Positions 26,830-40,713 of a stretch of 64,000 nucleotides of DNA are shown here, in pieces (the stretch's first letter is position 1; each line of letters opens with the position of its first letter). Both the position numbers and the translations under genes were made by a program. The DNA comes from Basidiobolus meristosporus CBS 931.73 (taxonomy: Eukaryota; Fungi; Basidiobolomycota): contig MCFE01000290.1 of assembly GCA_002104905.1 (NCBI GenBank), forward strand, positions 38,715-102,714, given 5' to 3'. A model generated the notes under the pieces. It did no database searches. It saw nothing but the letters and a program-made list of their open reading frames with translations, and was not told the DNA's origin.

Positions 26830-28945
26830 TTTTGATGGCCTCTTTGCAGGCCTCTGATGGTGTTATATTGGCAGTATGGCAGCCTACAGCTAATTTTGTA
26901 GAATACTACTGTACCAACTTACCAAATGGTATTTCCCTTTTCTACCCCCCTTACACAATTCATATATTCCACAGTAGAATCACCCATCTTTATTTGCTTA
27001 CCCACTACTACCTTGGGTACCCAACCCAACTTTGCATTACTTAACTGATTACCCATGCATTGGGGCCGCTTAGCTTCTTGATGCCAAAGGCATAGGTTTC
27101 TCCATGTGCACATCTGTCCTCAGTATTTTCCAACTCTTTCTGGCTGTCCTCTATGTGCCAACTCATCACACTCATCACCAACTTCAAGGTAATATTCTTG
27201 ATGAGATTGGGATATAGTAGTACTTGCAACTTGACTTGTCTTCCTATCTCTCCACACATCCACTCCATAGGAAACTCCCAAAAAGTGAAGCAAGGTTCAA
27301 TATTATCAACACATTGAACAAGTGGGAGTAGCAAATAGATACAGTAGTGGCAAAGACCTACATTGTCCACATGTGACTCCCAATGCTTCCAATGTACTCT
27401 TGGTAGAGATGGCTTCAGAAGGCCACTTGAATAAATACATACTCAGTTGATCTAGTCCATGCACTTGTATTGTTGAATATGCATATGGATATTGATTGGA
27501 GCCCATGAGACATACTTAGGGTAGCAGGTACTCTGTAATATCTTGCCAATTCTTTCAAATTTCTCCAGCATCTTGAAGGGCTCATTTAGCTTGAAATGTT
27601 CTATGTACAACTTGGTCATCAGTATAAGGATGTTGCTGAAAAGCAAATCCATTCCTCCCATCAAAGAGCTTTTGCTCCAACAGATACCCTCTATCTTAGG
27701 TATCTCCAGTTTCCAATTAGTTCCATATTCTGGCTAATGACTTATAGCTTGCCAACTTTGCTGCAAATGCATGCTGACTTCTGTACATTCTCTCTGCAGA
27801 AAGATGATGTTGTTTGTGTTGGTATTTGGGCAATAATACTGTGTGTGAGTTATGGAGTAAGTTCCCTGGATCTCATACATTTGATAGCAATACCATCCAT
27901 TGTGCCCAGAAAAGCTAGCTGGCTTGCTAATGGCTGGGGCATCTCCAATGCAGATAATAATATGCATTTTAGATGACAGCCATTTACTGTTATCATGCTG
28001 GAAAGCATACAAAACTCATCCAGCAATGGATACAGGTGGCTATCCATGGTTGGACATCATTTTAGGCCCAATTACCAGTGAGACTACCATTAGATTTCTG
28101 CTCTGATATCATAAGATGGGCAGTAGATTCAGGTTGATGAGAATCAGTGGCCAGCAGGATTTGCTGGTAGAGTACTTGTTTAATGAGAATCCTTCAAGTG
28201 CCAGGCAAAGGCATGGTCATACATACCTTCAAGTAGCCCTTGCTTCTTAGCTGTTTGTAATGTTTGCCATCAAATATCTTGGATATATTTGTGCTTGTTT
28301 GATACTGAATGTGGCTCTTTATAGTTATACAATATTTGCCAGACTGCAAGATCTTTTTTAAATGGGGTATCACCAAAATAATTCTTAAGTGTGAACAATG
28401 TCTTCCCCTAATGGTGGTGGATTCCTGACAAGTTGGACATGTTACAATAGTGGCATTTTCTGATGTGCATGCCATGCAAATGTCAACAAAAGCTGGTATC
28501 AGGACAGTCTCTGGGTCTTATGTTGCCAGCAACATGATGGTTGTCCATTTATATCATATACATGGTAAGTTGCATCCTGGGATGATTTTGGCAAGAAGTA
28601 GTAGTAAATCCCCATGTCCCCATTACTGATATTAGTGGAAACATGCCACTTCTCTAGCCACAACATCACATCATTCACCAGTGGATGGAATACTGGGCTC
28701 ACTTGACTCCATAAAGTATCCTTGGCATTTTTCTCCATGGGTGTTGTTTCATTGCATAATGGAATTTTGCAGGGCTCATGCAGGGTACTGTTGTTAGGGA
28801 AGATATGCTCACAATCCATCAGTGAGCCTGCTTCTCCAGAGCTATCACTCTGCATGCCATATTCAGAAGGTTGGGGTGCGCCTAAAGGCATCACAAACTC
28901 ACCAGACTCAGTTTGCACAAGATGATAAGTGTATCTAGGTGCCAT
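26830..28945 (-). pseudogene. CACTA/EnSpm Tnp2-family transposase remnant
   Basis: Fragments TCPTC, IFDGKHYKQL, IGDAPAISKPASFSGHNGWYC and FPMEWMCGEIGRQV, with many stops and frameshifts. Confidence 0.75.
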
Positions 28946-29269
28946 TTTAGAAATATCAAGTGGCCAGCAAGATGTTATTGATACATTAGTGACTTGTAGT
29001 TATCATATATGACTTGTGTGGCAAAACACTTGCTGTGATCCATGTAATGCTTCCTATGCCATCTGCATGCTTCATGGCTGAGAGACTTGCTATAATAGCC
29101 CCATGGTATTTTTACTCTTCTTATATGGCATTGAACCACAGTAGTCTTGTCCATGGGGCAAACAGTTTGACCTTCAACAACCTAACACTATTATATCACT
29201 TTTTTGTCAATACTCATGTGAATTTAAGACAGTCTTGTATTTGAGAGATTGCACCTACATTAATGTAAG

Positions 29270-30128
29270 ATTCAATAATTACCGGCCAGAGTAAGCATTG
29301 TAAATAAAGTTGTGGCACCGCATACACAGGTATATGTAACACCATTTCTCCTTTTGTTTGACTCACCTACATATATATGCCACCAAAATGTAAAGCAAAG
29401 TTGTCTGGTTCTTAACCAAACCCAACTGCTGAGAGCAGCAGAAGAGCAGTTGGACAACAGCTTGCTTTGACATTGAGTGAAACAAGCAGGGCTACAACCA
29501 AAAAAGGCCCTGTGGACAGTGTGCCCACTGAAGGTAATAATGCAGACTCCTTAGGCTCTCAGTCAATTAGGCAGTTGGGAATCTCTGCAGAGCCACTAGC
29601 TGATCATTATGCTGAGGCAGATGAAAATGTAGCAAAAGCAGTACCTTCAGATGAAGACCAGCAAGTGGCCTTCATAACATCACTACTACCTGTATTAGCA
29701 AGTATGTTGTCAGCTCTTACCTAAGCATTAATGAGACAATTAGGTGCAGTGGCTGATAGTATAGATGCAATGGCCAAGAGAAATTAGGAAATAATCAAGA
29801 AATAGCACAAGCAGATAAAAGGTGTAGAGCAAGCAATGTCCCAGGTAGAGAAAGCAGTATCCTTGCAGCAAAAAAGGAACTCAAGTAGCTCAATGTCACA
29901 GACAAGAATTGAGCCATTTCTGGATGTAACAGCAGAGGAACACCATACAGCCTTTGAAGCACAACAACAGTGCCTAAAGATGAAGCCCCAAAAAAAAACA
30001 CTTTTGCAGCATGGGAGGGAGAAAATGTAGTGTTGATACCAAAGCCTAAAAGTCAAAATACATTAAAGATCCATGAAGCCATTGAGTAAGCAGATGAAGA
30101 TTGGGCTAATATCCAAGAGGCCATTAGG
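29270..30128 (+). mobile_element. CACTA-like element: intergenic region and 5' part of the divergent partner ORF
   Basis: Continues from the Tnp2 5' end. The PTEGNNADS segment recurs at ~31080 and, reversed, at ~45790. Cut off by a Copia LTR at 30129. Confidence 0.6.
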
Positions 30129-30722
30129 GTTGTAAGAGTCTCAGCAATATTGGAAGTGATTGGGAGCCCAAGTGGATTATATGGTTTTCACTTAATAATT
30201 TATTGAATGTAAAAGTAGTAGTTATACTTTTACATGGTATTGGCATAACAAATGTGTAGAATAGACTAAATAAGGTCCCAAAAACATGTGTGCACAGTTT
30301 GGGGCTGTTTGGACAGCTTTGAGAACTTTCATGTTCTGGGTACCTGGTATTTTGGTGAAAATAATCCAAGTAAATCCCAACAAGGAATTTGGTCAGTATT
30401 ATCTAGGATTTGAAGATAATGATTGAAGTCACTAAGTTAGGTGAATATTTAGGTGGAATTACAAATCTTTACAACACTCTCACTTGGCTAAATGTTCATA
30501 CTGACTAGTCCTAATTTTGACCTAAGATATTCAAACCTGTCTCTAGCTAATGAGTTTGTAAATATGTCTGCAATCATTTCATCTGTAGGACAGTAAACTA
30601 AGCTAACTATATTATTCTCTATAGCGTCACATATGAAATGATGTCTAATATCTATGTGCTTAATCCTAGCATGAAAAGCTGGATTTCTACTTAATTGTAT
30701 ACATCCTTGATTATTGTACCTA
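30129..30722 (-). mobile_element. Decayed Ty1/Copia 3' end (LTR 30129-30476 plus RNase H tail)
   Basis: Reverse complement of the LTR family at 40364-40713, followed by the KHIDIRHHF...MIADIFTK region. Confidence 0.8.
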
Positions 30723-30769
30723 TAAAAAATAATATAATAATAAATAACTATTATTTCATTTTTTGGTCA

Positions 30770-31535
30770 ATACTCATGTGAGTTTAAGGCAGTCCTGTAT
30801 TTGAGACATTGCGCCTACATGAATGTAAGACTCAATGATGACCTGCCAGAGTAAGCATTGTAAATAAAGTTGTGACACCACCTATACAGGTATATGTAAC
30901 ACTATTTCCTCTTTAATTTGACTCCCATTTTTATGCCACCAACAAATTAAGTAAAGTTGTCTGGTTCCCAACCAGACCCCACTGCTGACAGCAGCTGACA
31001 AACAGTTGGGCAACTGCTTGCTTTGACATTCAGTGCAACAAGTGGGGCTACATCCAAAAAAGGCCATGTTGACAGTGTGCCCACTGAAGGTAATAATGCA
31101 GACTCCCCAGGCTCTCAGTCAAGTAGGCAATTGAGAACCTCTGCAGAGCCACAAGCTGACTGCTATGCTTAGGCAGATGAGAATGTAGCAAACGCAGTAC
31201 CCTCAGTTGAAGACCAGCAAGCACCTGTTATAACATCACTACCACCCATATTAGCAAGTATGTTGTCAGCTATACCAAAGCATCAATGAAGCAATTAGGT
31301 GCATTGGGTGATTGGATAGATGCAATGGCCCAGAGAAATCAGGAAATAGTCCAGAAACTGGATGAGCTGATTATACATGTAGAGCAAACAATATCCCAGG
31401 TAGAGAAAGTAGTGTCTTTGCTGCAAAGTAGGAACTCAAGTAGCTTAAGGCCAAGCAGAATCCCCTTGACCTGTTCCATGAGCATTATCCTGAATTCAAA
31501 TGGGCAAACGGATTTTGGGCCAGCATTGGTATGTT
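30770..31535 (+). mobile_element. Further CACTA-like fragment (intergenic region plus partner ORF)
   Basis: Near-duplicate of 29200-29900. Its 3' part matches 45060-45130 reversed. Confidence 0.6.
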
Positions 31536-33879
31536 AAGAAAGTAGACTTGTTCAAATGTACTGTACCAGGGCATGTGGTGCAATCTGCAGTCTATAAGAA
31601 CATTCAGGCACAATATTGTAGCTACAAGTAGGCAGGATTGCTCTTGGACAATTTTGCACCATGTGGGACAATCTTGCACACTGTGGCACAATCTGACACA
31701 ATGAGGTTGGCACAAATGATTGTGCCAACTTGTGATGTTTGCATCATATGCGCAATTGGATACTGCTATTATGGTAGATAAAATGTGGTATTTGGATATG
31801 CTTCTTTAATGTAAATGGAAATAAATGCGCATCACACTACAAACTACACTGATACTTACCATTTTGGTCACCATCACTCCAATTGGACTGTATCTTGGTG
31901 TTTGATTGGTCCACAAGTATCCCAAAGCTGGCAGCCCCCAATTGACTCTTTGACCAGTACATAAGCTACCTGATTTGCCATCAAATATCCCATTTCACCC
32001 AATAAGCAAATAAATCCCTGATCCTATTGATTGGACAAGGTGCCATAGCTAGTATGTGACCAATTGTTTAGGTGCAAATCAAATCAAATGGCTGCATTAG
32101 TGCCACAGATGATGTATATATATGCAGGGTGTGTATTTATAGGGGTCCAGTCTCAAATGTGAGTCAACCTTCATATTGCTTATATCAAAAATTTAGTGAT
32201 CACTGATTTGCAATGGCTCAATGCAGATATCAAAAATAATGTGTTGTTTGGATCATGACAAATAATGGCAATTCAATGCAATTGCATCATCTTCTCCTAA
32301 GTTTTTTTCTCATAGGAATTACTACTGAAGCATTTGGTAGTGATTCACTTTGCACACCTAAACTACTTTCTTGTCAACTATTCTCTTGGCTACTTGTGTG
32401 TTTGTATTCAGTATTTTGCCTCCTAGTTGATGAGTGCGATGCTGCGGCTTGGCTGCGCTGAATTGCTCCAGATGATGCAACTGAGCTGGCCTTCAGCACT
32501 ATATGCTGATGCATTCATTTACTTACCAAAGGCTCTGGTGGTGGAGGCACTTCATGTGGGTCATCATTAGTCAGTTCACCAGAAGAAACTTGCTGATGGT
32601 CAGGTGTAATGGCATGCACAGACATGACTTGATGTGCTGGCATGGCCCTTGGCTGAGTTTGATGTGATGCCACTTGTTGACGTAATTTGGTCTGCTCCAA
32701 TGGACTTGGGTCTGTTTGAGCAGTTTGGAAAGTTCTGGTGGTTTTGCTCTGAAGCACATGCATTGACCCAACATGCATTGACTTGATGCAGGGTGCTCTT
32801 GTGAAGGGTGTTGGCATAGTTTGGACTGATGTGCACAGATGTGCTGAAGTTGAAAGGGATGGGAAGGAATCCAGCAAGGTATGCTGGTGCAATCTAGACG
32901 CTGCTGCTTGTGGTCTGTATTCTTCCTCTTGAAGCTCACTTTCTGATTCCTCAAGGTATTCACTAACCCTCTGTCTGATACTTTGGAACTGTTACCTTGA
33001 TGAGTCCTGTGTAGATTACTCTCAGAAGCCACTTAGCTTTACTCATATATCACATAATGCATTAGTCATTTGAGGCAAAAACACATTCAAAATCTCTTTG
33101 GTTCCCAAAGTTGAGGTACATGCAGACATGTCTGGCCTGTACTGAGCAAATTGTTCCTGTGTGGCTTCCTCTTCAAATCTCCTCACTCTCAGCTCATTCT
33201 TAATTTCAATACTTGTCTAGTAATATATCTTCTTACATACATCTGCTTGCATCTTGATGTAGAACTCATGCCACAGCTTTCTACTCATGTTCTTCCATCT
33301 CTGTCACTTCTCCAAGGTATCTAGTTCTGCTAGATTAATGAGTAGTGCCCAAATATCTGTATGAAGGCTCATCATAGACACTTGGGCCAAACTGAAATCT
33401 TTTGACAAGAACTTGAATGGATCCAACATTGACTTTCTCAGTCTGGACCACACTTGTGAGCTGGGAGATGGGTTTTGTCTGGATTGTACCAAAGATGAGG
33501 TGAGACTTGGTATAGGGACCATAGTGATGGATTTGGATACTCATACAGTAATGCATTGGCATGAACCTGGTCTTATATAAGATATATATGAAAATGAATG
33601 TGATTGTTGAATTTTCCATATATTATACATGATGCATCTTGGATTGCATTGACCCAGATTATATCACATCAATTGCAGATATCCTATTTGATTATAGACT
33701 TGTGAGTAAAGCATCAATAAAAATACCAAGTCATTATTTGAGGATGACTTTTGCAACATAATGATAGGATACATGACAATTGATGGATGTTTAATCATGA
33801 CACATGGAAAATCAGTTAAATCAATCTGATCATGCCAAATCAATTCAAATCACCTGAGCGCAATCATCTACCAGTTCTA

Positions 33880-34780
33880 ATATGACTTACTCATCTGAAT
33901 GGTCTTTTCTCATTAATCCCATCACTACAACTGGATTTCCTTTTGAAACACCAGAGGAGATCTGTACCAAGTACTGTGGACCATCTACCCCAATCTACTC
34001 AAGGAGATCCCTTGTTAAGCTTCTCTGCTGTTACAGAACCATTGCCCTACAAGGTTTCATCCCACTGTCCATGGCAACAAAAGTCTTAGAAGCATTCATT
34101 CCCAGCTGACAGCAATGGAGAACCACCTTGCAAAGGGTATGAATGACTTAGAGCAAGCTTGGAGTACTAGGTTCAGAAGCTCTAATAGACTTCCATATCC
34201 CTGAGTGTTCTGCATCAGGTTCCATATAAGGAGTATTTTGGATACCTTCCCAGTTAGGATTAACAGACCTCCTAGAGGGCAGAGTCACTTTTTATTCTGG
34301 CAAGTACAAGGCACACTGTGTGCAGATTCAAACATTGTCTGACATTGAGGGTAACATCATCTGGTTTAGTGGGCCACCTGCAGGAAGTAGGGATGACAAA
34401 GCACTCTGGGTAGAGAATCATCCGGAATTCAGTAGAGGGGAGAAATGAATGGCAGACTTAACATATATATGAGAGCATTGTCAGAGATTAGGATGTGTTA
34501 TAGCTTATAGGAAGCCAAGGAATGGTGTGCATAGCAGGAAGCAGAAGCTCTTCAATGAAATATTTAATCATTTCAGAGTGAGGGTGGAGCATACATTTGG
34601 ATATCTAAAGAGATTCAGCATATTGGCAGGAAAATACCAAGGAAAGTCATATACAGGTGAAAACAGCAAAATAGGTAAAATAGTTAAGATACTTATCAAT
34701 GGACAGTACACTGATACAAGAAGACATCCACTGAGCGAAATGTGTCTGGAGCATTATGAAGAGTAAATAAAGCAAGGAAA
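33880..34780 (+). pseudogene. PIF/Harbinger-like DDE_Tnp_4 transposase remnant
   Basis: Fragments ILDTFPVRINRP, YSGKYKAHCVQIQTL, GPPAGSRDD and RVRVEHTFGYLKRFSIL, broken by frameshifts. Confidence 0.75.
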
Positions 34781-34789
34781 GCACTACTC

Positions 34790-36234
34790 TGAGCAACATA
34801 AGTAAGACTGAGTAAAATTACCAGTAACTATATCCTACCACTGGCATTATAGGAGAAATTATAGTGCCAGATGGTGCCATAGAGTGCCAGATCCATCCAG
34901 CACTATAAAAAGGCTGGCACTATGTGGCACTATCCAACAGAACAAGTCTAGTATCTTAAAAATGGTAGAGACTATCAAAGTCAGAAGAACAAGGGTGCCA
35001 GGGCTAAAAACCAGCAGATTCCTCAAGAGCCTGCTACAAGCAGGGCCAAAAGCTCCAGACAAGTGTCAAAGAGATGTCAGATGGCTGGAAGAGTGCCCAT
35101 TAGGGACAAGCAGGCAGACACAGATGCACCAGCACAACATTTATCAAGGAAAAAGCATAGTACCACTCAAGAAGCACCCAGTCAAAGTAGCAGTGAAGGA
35201 CCTGGCAGGGATAAAAACCAGCTGCTACTATAGGAGCCTGTCACAACTATGGTTTAGAGCTCAAAACAAGTGGAATGGAAATGTTGGATTGCCAGTAGAG
35301 TGCCAGCAAGGGACAAGCAGGCTAAAGCATATGTATCAGAGCAGAATTTATCGAGGAGAAAATGCAGTTCCTTACAAGAAGCACTCAGACAAAGTAGCAG
35401 TGAAAGACCTGGCAGAGGTAAAGGAAAAGGTAAAGGAAGAAATGTCTACCCAAGCCTAAGTCAGGGAGGCATGCAAAAAAAACTGCAGTTCTTGCCAATT
35501 AATTCCATAAGCCAAGAACAGACTGAACCCCATCATGGCCAAGAAGAATTACCATCTAGAAAACAGCTGTTTTCACAAAAGTTGGAAGTGCAGCTAGTTG
35601 AGCTACACTCCAGCAAGGTAGATGAGTTTGCTGAAAAGGTAATTTGTTTACCACGGCCTCCATATCCTCTGTTGTTGGCAGAATGGAGATCCCACTGACA
35701 GTCAAGGCTACAACATCAAGAGCTTGAAAGACTAGCACAATGCCTTCAGTGGAATCTTGGAATATTAATAGGCACACAAACAGGTTGCAGCACTTTGTCA
35801 AGAGGAATACACAAGAAAACGCAATGGAATATTGCAAGGAATTATTGCAAAGACTGGTAGATGAGGTGCTAGACCTTGCAATGCTGGCTGAAGACCAGGA
35901 TGTGTGGGAACCAGTGAAGGAACAGTGGCACAAAGCCATTGGAGTCAGGAAGTAAGGAGTGTGAATGAGTGACAATAGCCAATCAATGCACACAAACATA
36001 GGAGGTAATAGAGTGACCAGGATCAGAAAGTGAGCAAATTGGCAGGGAACCAATCAAAAGCTACTTATACATTATTGTGGTGGAAAATTTTGACTAAGTT
36101 TTTTGTGAAATCTGGGGTGCAATTATTTTTAAATGGTCTCTGGATGGTGTACTGACAGGATCAGTACCCCTTAGTAATGGGGCTTTAACTTTGTAATGGC
36201 CTTGACAGGATCATCCTTATAATCTTTCATAGTG
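34790..36234 (+). mobile_element. CACTA-like fragment: partner ORF 3' part and terminus
   Basis: Ends CATAGTG at 36234 (reverse complement CACTATG), directly abutting Copia integrase sequence (ttcttggcatatgc). Confidence 0.65.
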
Positions 36235-37790
36235 TTCTTGGCATATGCTATGCACCCAATTATTCTTATATGCACTGCACTTGGTCTGTATCCATACCAT
36301 GGTTCAAATGGAGTAGAATCACAAAGTATTCTGTTATAGCTCTTATTTTTTAAGGTATACAGATGTGGCAACTGATTCCCCCTAAAAATCAAAGGACAAT
36401 TTTTGATAATGGATCATAGATCTTGCTATAGGTATTATTGATCTGTGTGCATGGTCTGCTACTTCATTTTGTGGTAGGGAGTATGATACTGTAGTCTCTT
36501 GCTTTATCCCATGAGTTTTGCAGAAATGGATGAAGAGTTTTGAGGTATATTTTCCACCATTCCCTGAGAAAAAAATTAAGAAAAGGCCAGCAGAATACTA
36601 TCATAAAAGCAGCTGAACCCCAAGTTTCTCAAATCTGAGAACTATCATTATCTCATGTACTAGCAGTTGGGCAGACAAGCAGACATATTTTCCAAGAGGA
36701 GACTAGGCCAACTAGGATTCATACCAAATTTGGTGATTAGATGCCCACTACTTCCATCAAACATTGCAACTGGATATTTGAATAAAAAACACCAGCTGAA
36801 TACCATTAGAATACCAGCAGAGTACCTGCTGAAAATCAGATGAATTTCAAGTTTGAGATTTTTTGTAGGGATTATCTAAGTGTATTTTCTGGATTTCTTC
36901 ACCAGTTTTGCTCCCCTCCATGGCTTTAAACTCCATGAGCTCAGATGGAGCTTCTTCCTTTCCCTCCATGAAGTAGACCAATGTGTATCTTATATAATCA
37001 TTAATAAAGGTGATTAAATTCTTTATCCTGCCTGCGGATAAGTTTTGAATAGGTCCACACAGATCTGAGCAATTTATATCTAATTGTTTTGTGCTCTTGA
37101 GCAGTTGTCTGGCTTGTTTCCCATATGAGTAGGCTACGCAGTGCCTCAAATTAGCTGGGGGATCAATTTTTACTCCAGAAATTAGCTGATCTTTGATCTT
37201 TTTATGCAAATAGTTGCAATTGAAGTGTCTAAATCTCCTGTGCAAAGGCATTGGTGTTTCTTCATGTAAGTTGCTTATCTTGGCTTCTATATATGATGGA
37301 ATGTAATTTAACCTACACAGGTTTGGATCTCTGATACCCAAAGCAATATGAGCACTATTTTGATTGGTGAGCCTGCATCCAGAATTGCCAAAGCTGAAAC
37401 TGAGTCATTCTGCTGTGGTCTTGCTTACAGATAGTAGGTTCTTTGCTATTTCTGGTACAAAGTGCACTTCTTTAAAGATCAGTGTATGGCTTCCTTCACT
37501 GCTTCTAAGGTTAACTTGGATAGATCATTTACCCACTGCATCAAGTGTTCTATTGTCACCCATGAAAACCTTCTTGATTGGAATTTCTTGGTATTATGTA
37601 AAAGTTCTTTTTGGCATGTAGAGTGGTGAGGTGCTCCAGAGTCAATATGCCACATCTGGAAATCCATGTTTGTGATCATATTTGGTGCAGATATGAACAG
37701 TCTATCTTCACTTGTTGCAGCTTTTCCATATACCGGCTTTTTCTGCTGACCATATCTCTTTTGATGCACCAGTCCAATGTATTTCCATTT
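36235..37790 (-). mobile_element. Decayed Ty1/Copia fragments (protease, GAG-pre-integrase, integrase)
   Basis: WHIDSGA, LHRRFRH, SDLCGP and STPFEPWYGYRPS match the element at 40364-45052. Confidence 0.8.
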
Positions 37791-38129
37791 GCAGTGGTTA
37801 CAACCAGTGAAGGAACAGTGGCACAAAGCCATTGGAGTCAGGAAGTAAGGAGTGTGAAAAAGAGGCAATAGCCAATCAATGCACACAAACATAGGAGGTG
37901 ATAGAGTGCCCAGGATCAGAAAGTGAGCAAATTGACACGGAACCAGTCAAAAGCCACTTATAGACTTTTGTGATGTAATATTTTGACCAAGTTTTTTGTG
38001 AAATCTGTGGTGCAATTATTTTTCAACAGTCTCTGGACAGTGTCCTGTCAGGATCAGTAGCTCTTAGTCACAGGACTTTAACTTTGTGACAGCCTTTTGA
38101 TGCAATCATTACAATAATTTTTCATAGAG
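37790..38129 (+). mobile_element. CACTA-like terminal fragment
   Basis: Nearly identical to 35920-36234; ends CATAGAG at 38129. Confidence 0.6.
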
Positions 38130-40363
38130 CTATTTTAGACAGCCTCTCAGCCATGAGGCACACAGAGAGTACAGAAAGTACTACAAGGATCATGGCCAGT
38201 ATTTTGCCACACAAGTCATACTTGGGTATTCATCAGCCAAAGCTCTACCAACAATATCTTTTGGGCTGTTCAATACTTCCATAATGGCACCTAGTTATAG
38301 TTGGCACCTGGTGTAGGCCAAGTCAGGTGAGTTAGCAACACCTTTTGGCTCACCTCAGGCTTTGGAACATGGCATGTACAGCAATTGCTCTGAAGAAGAA
38401 GGCTCATTTGTGAGCCCATTTACTTGGAGTGTAGTACCCTGTATGAGACTGGCAAAATCCAAATATGCAATGAGAGAACACATGTGTAAAAGAATACCAA
38501 GAACACTTTATGGGGCCAAGTGAGCCCAGTAAACCTTAAATAGATGAATCATGTGATGTTGTGGCCAGAAGATTGGCATGTTTTCAACAATATCAATAAT
38601 GAGGGCCTTGAGGAATTACTGCTACTTCCCACTAACAGCTTTCTGGGATGCAACTTACCCCATGTGAAGTAATTGCAATGAACCTGTCAAATAGCTGTCA
38701 CAAAGTTAAAGTCCTGTGACTAATAGGTATTATTCCTGTCAGGACACTGGGCAAAGAATGTTGAGAAATAATTGCACCTCAGATTTCACAAAAAACTTGG
38801 TCAAAATATTTCATCACACTTGTAAAATAGTGACATGTAGTAGGTCCTTGGCCAATTCTCTCACTATTGATCCCAGACACGCAATATCTCCTAAATTTGT
38901 GTACATTGATTGGCTATTGCCCAGTTCTCACACTCCTTACTCTCTAACTCAACCAATCTTGTACTTTTCATGCATACAAATTGCTTTTTTTCTGTTGAAA
39001 CTTCAGTTGTACCTCAATTGCCAACTATACTGACCTATGCATGCCCCAGTACCCAATACTAGTATTAAGCCCAACCCTGCACTCAACAAGAAGCTCCATT
39101 AAAGTTCACCATTGAATAAGTATTTCTGCTGTAATGCCCTCTCTCTATGACTCTGGCAGAAATCCTGCAGCTTTATACCACTGTTCATTCACTGGCTCCC
39201 ATGTGTCTTAGTCTTTAGCCTGCATGGCAAAGTTTAGAGCCTCATCAGCTAGTCTTTATAACAAATACTTGCAATACTGAAGTGCATTTTCCTGAGCACT
39301 GCTCCTTAGAGCTGCTACAACCTCTTGGTGTGCCCATGAGTGTTCCAAAACTCCACTGCAGGCATTGTGATAGTTTCTTGAGGCCTTGACATTGCAGCAT
39401 TTTCTATCAGAGGGATTTCCACTCTTTCTACTATGGAGGAAGTGGAGGCATTGTAAGACAAATTGCTTTTTTCTGCAAGCTCATCCAATGTACAGGAGTG
39501 TAGCATGTCTGGCTACGCTTCCAACTCTTGAGTAAACAGCTTTTGTCTTGCTGGTATTATGCTTGGCTGGGTGTCATGCAGCCTGTTCTGTGCTGATGGC
39601 ATTTATTGGTCAGAGCTGCAGCTTCTTTCTCACACTTCACTGTCTCTGGCATGTGTAGGCCCTTTTCTCTTCATCATTACCATTATTTCTGCTAAATCTC
39701 TCACTGCTACTTTGACTGAGTGCCTATTGTGTTGTACTCTGATTTCTCCTTGATGAAAGATTCACTGGTGCATCTGTCTATGCCAACTTGTCCCTTGATG
39801 GCACTCTCCTGGAAACCTGACATCTTTTTGCAGCTTGCTTAAAGCTTTTAGCCTTGCTTATGATGAGCTTCTGAGGAAGCCACAAATTTTATGACTTTCA
39901 GGTCCTTTACTGCTGCTGTGACCAAGTACTTCTTTTATTGTACTTCATTGTCAGCTTGATGAATGCTGTACTGAAGCATCCCTACTTGCCACCTTGTCCC
40001 TTGCCAGCACTCTCCTGGCAGCCTGATGGTACTTTGCTGCTTGTTTAGAACCTCCAGCCATGCTTGTGATGGGCTCCTTAGAAAGCCAGGGGCTGTTATC
40101 ACTGTTGAGTCCATTACTGCTGCTGAAACTAAGTGCTTCTTTTAGTGAACTACCATTTCACTTTGATGAATGCTGTGCTGATGCATCTGTTTCTGCCTGT
40201 CTGTCAATTACTGGCACTCTTCAGGCTACCTGACATTTCTTAGTGCTTATTTGGAGCTTTCACCCCATCTTGTGACAAGCACTTGAGGAAGTTGCTGGTT
40301 TTTAGCTATAACACCCTTGTACTTCTGCCCTTGAATGTTTCTGCTATTCTTGGGACTCTTTCT

Positions 40364-40713
40364 TGTTGTAAAAATTCGTATTTTCCACCTAAATATTCAC
40401 CTAACTTAGTCACTTAGATCACCACCTTCAAATCCTAGAGAATACTGACTAAATTCCTTGTTGGGATTTACTTAGAATATTTTCACCAAAATACCAGGTA
40501 CCCAGAACATGAAAATTCTCAAAGTTGTCCAAATAGCCCCAAACTTTGCACACATGTTCTTGGGACCTTCCTTAACCTATTCTACGTGTTTGTAATGCCA
40601 AGACCATGTAAAAGTATAAATACTACTTTTACATTCAATAAATCATTAAGTGAAAACCACATAATTTACTTGTTCTCCCAATCACTTCCAATATCTCCAA
40701 GACTCTTACAACA
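40364..40713 (+). repeat. 5' LTR of the young Copia
   Basis: Direct repeat of 44703-45052. Confidence 0.97.
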
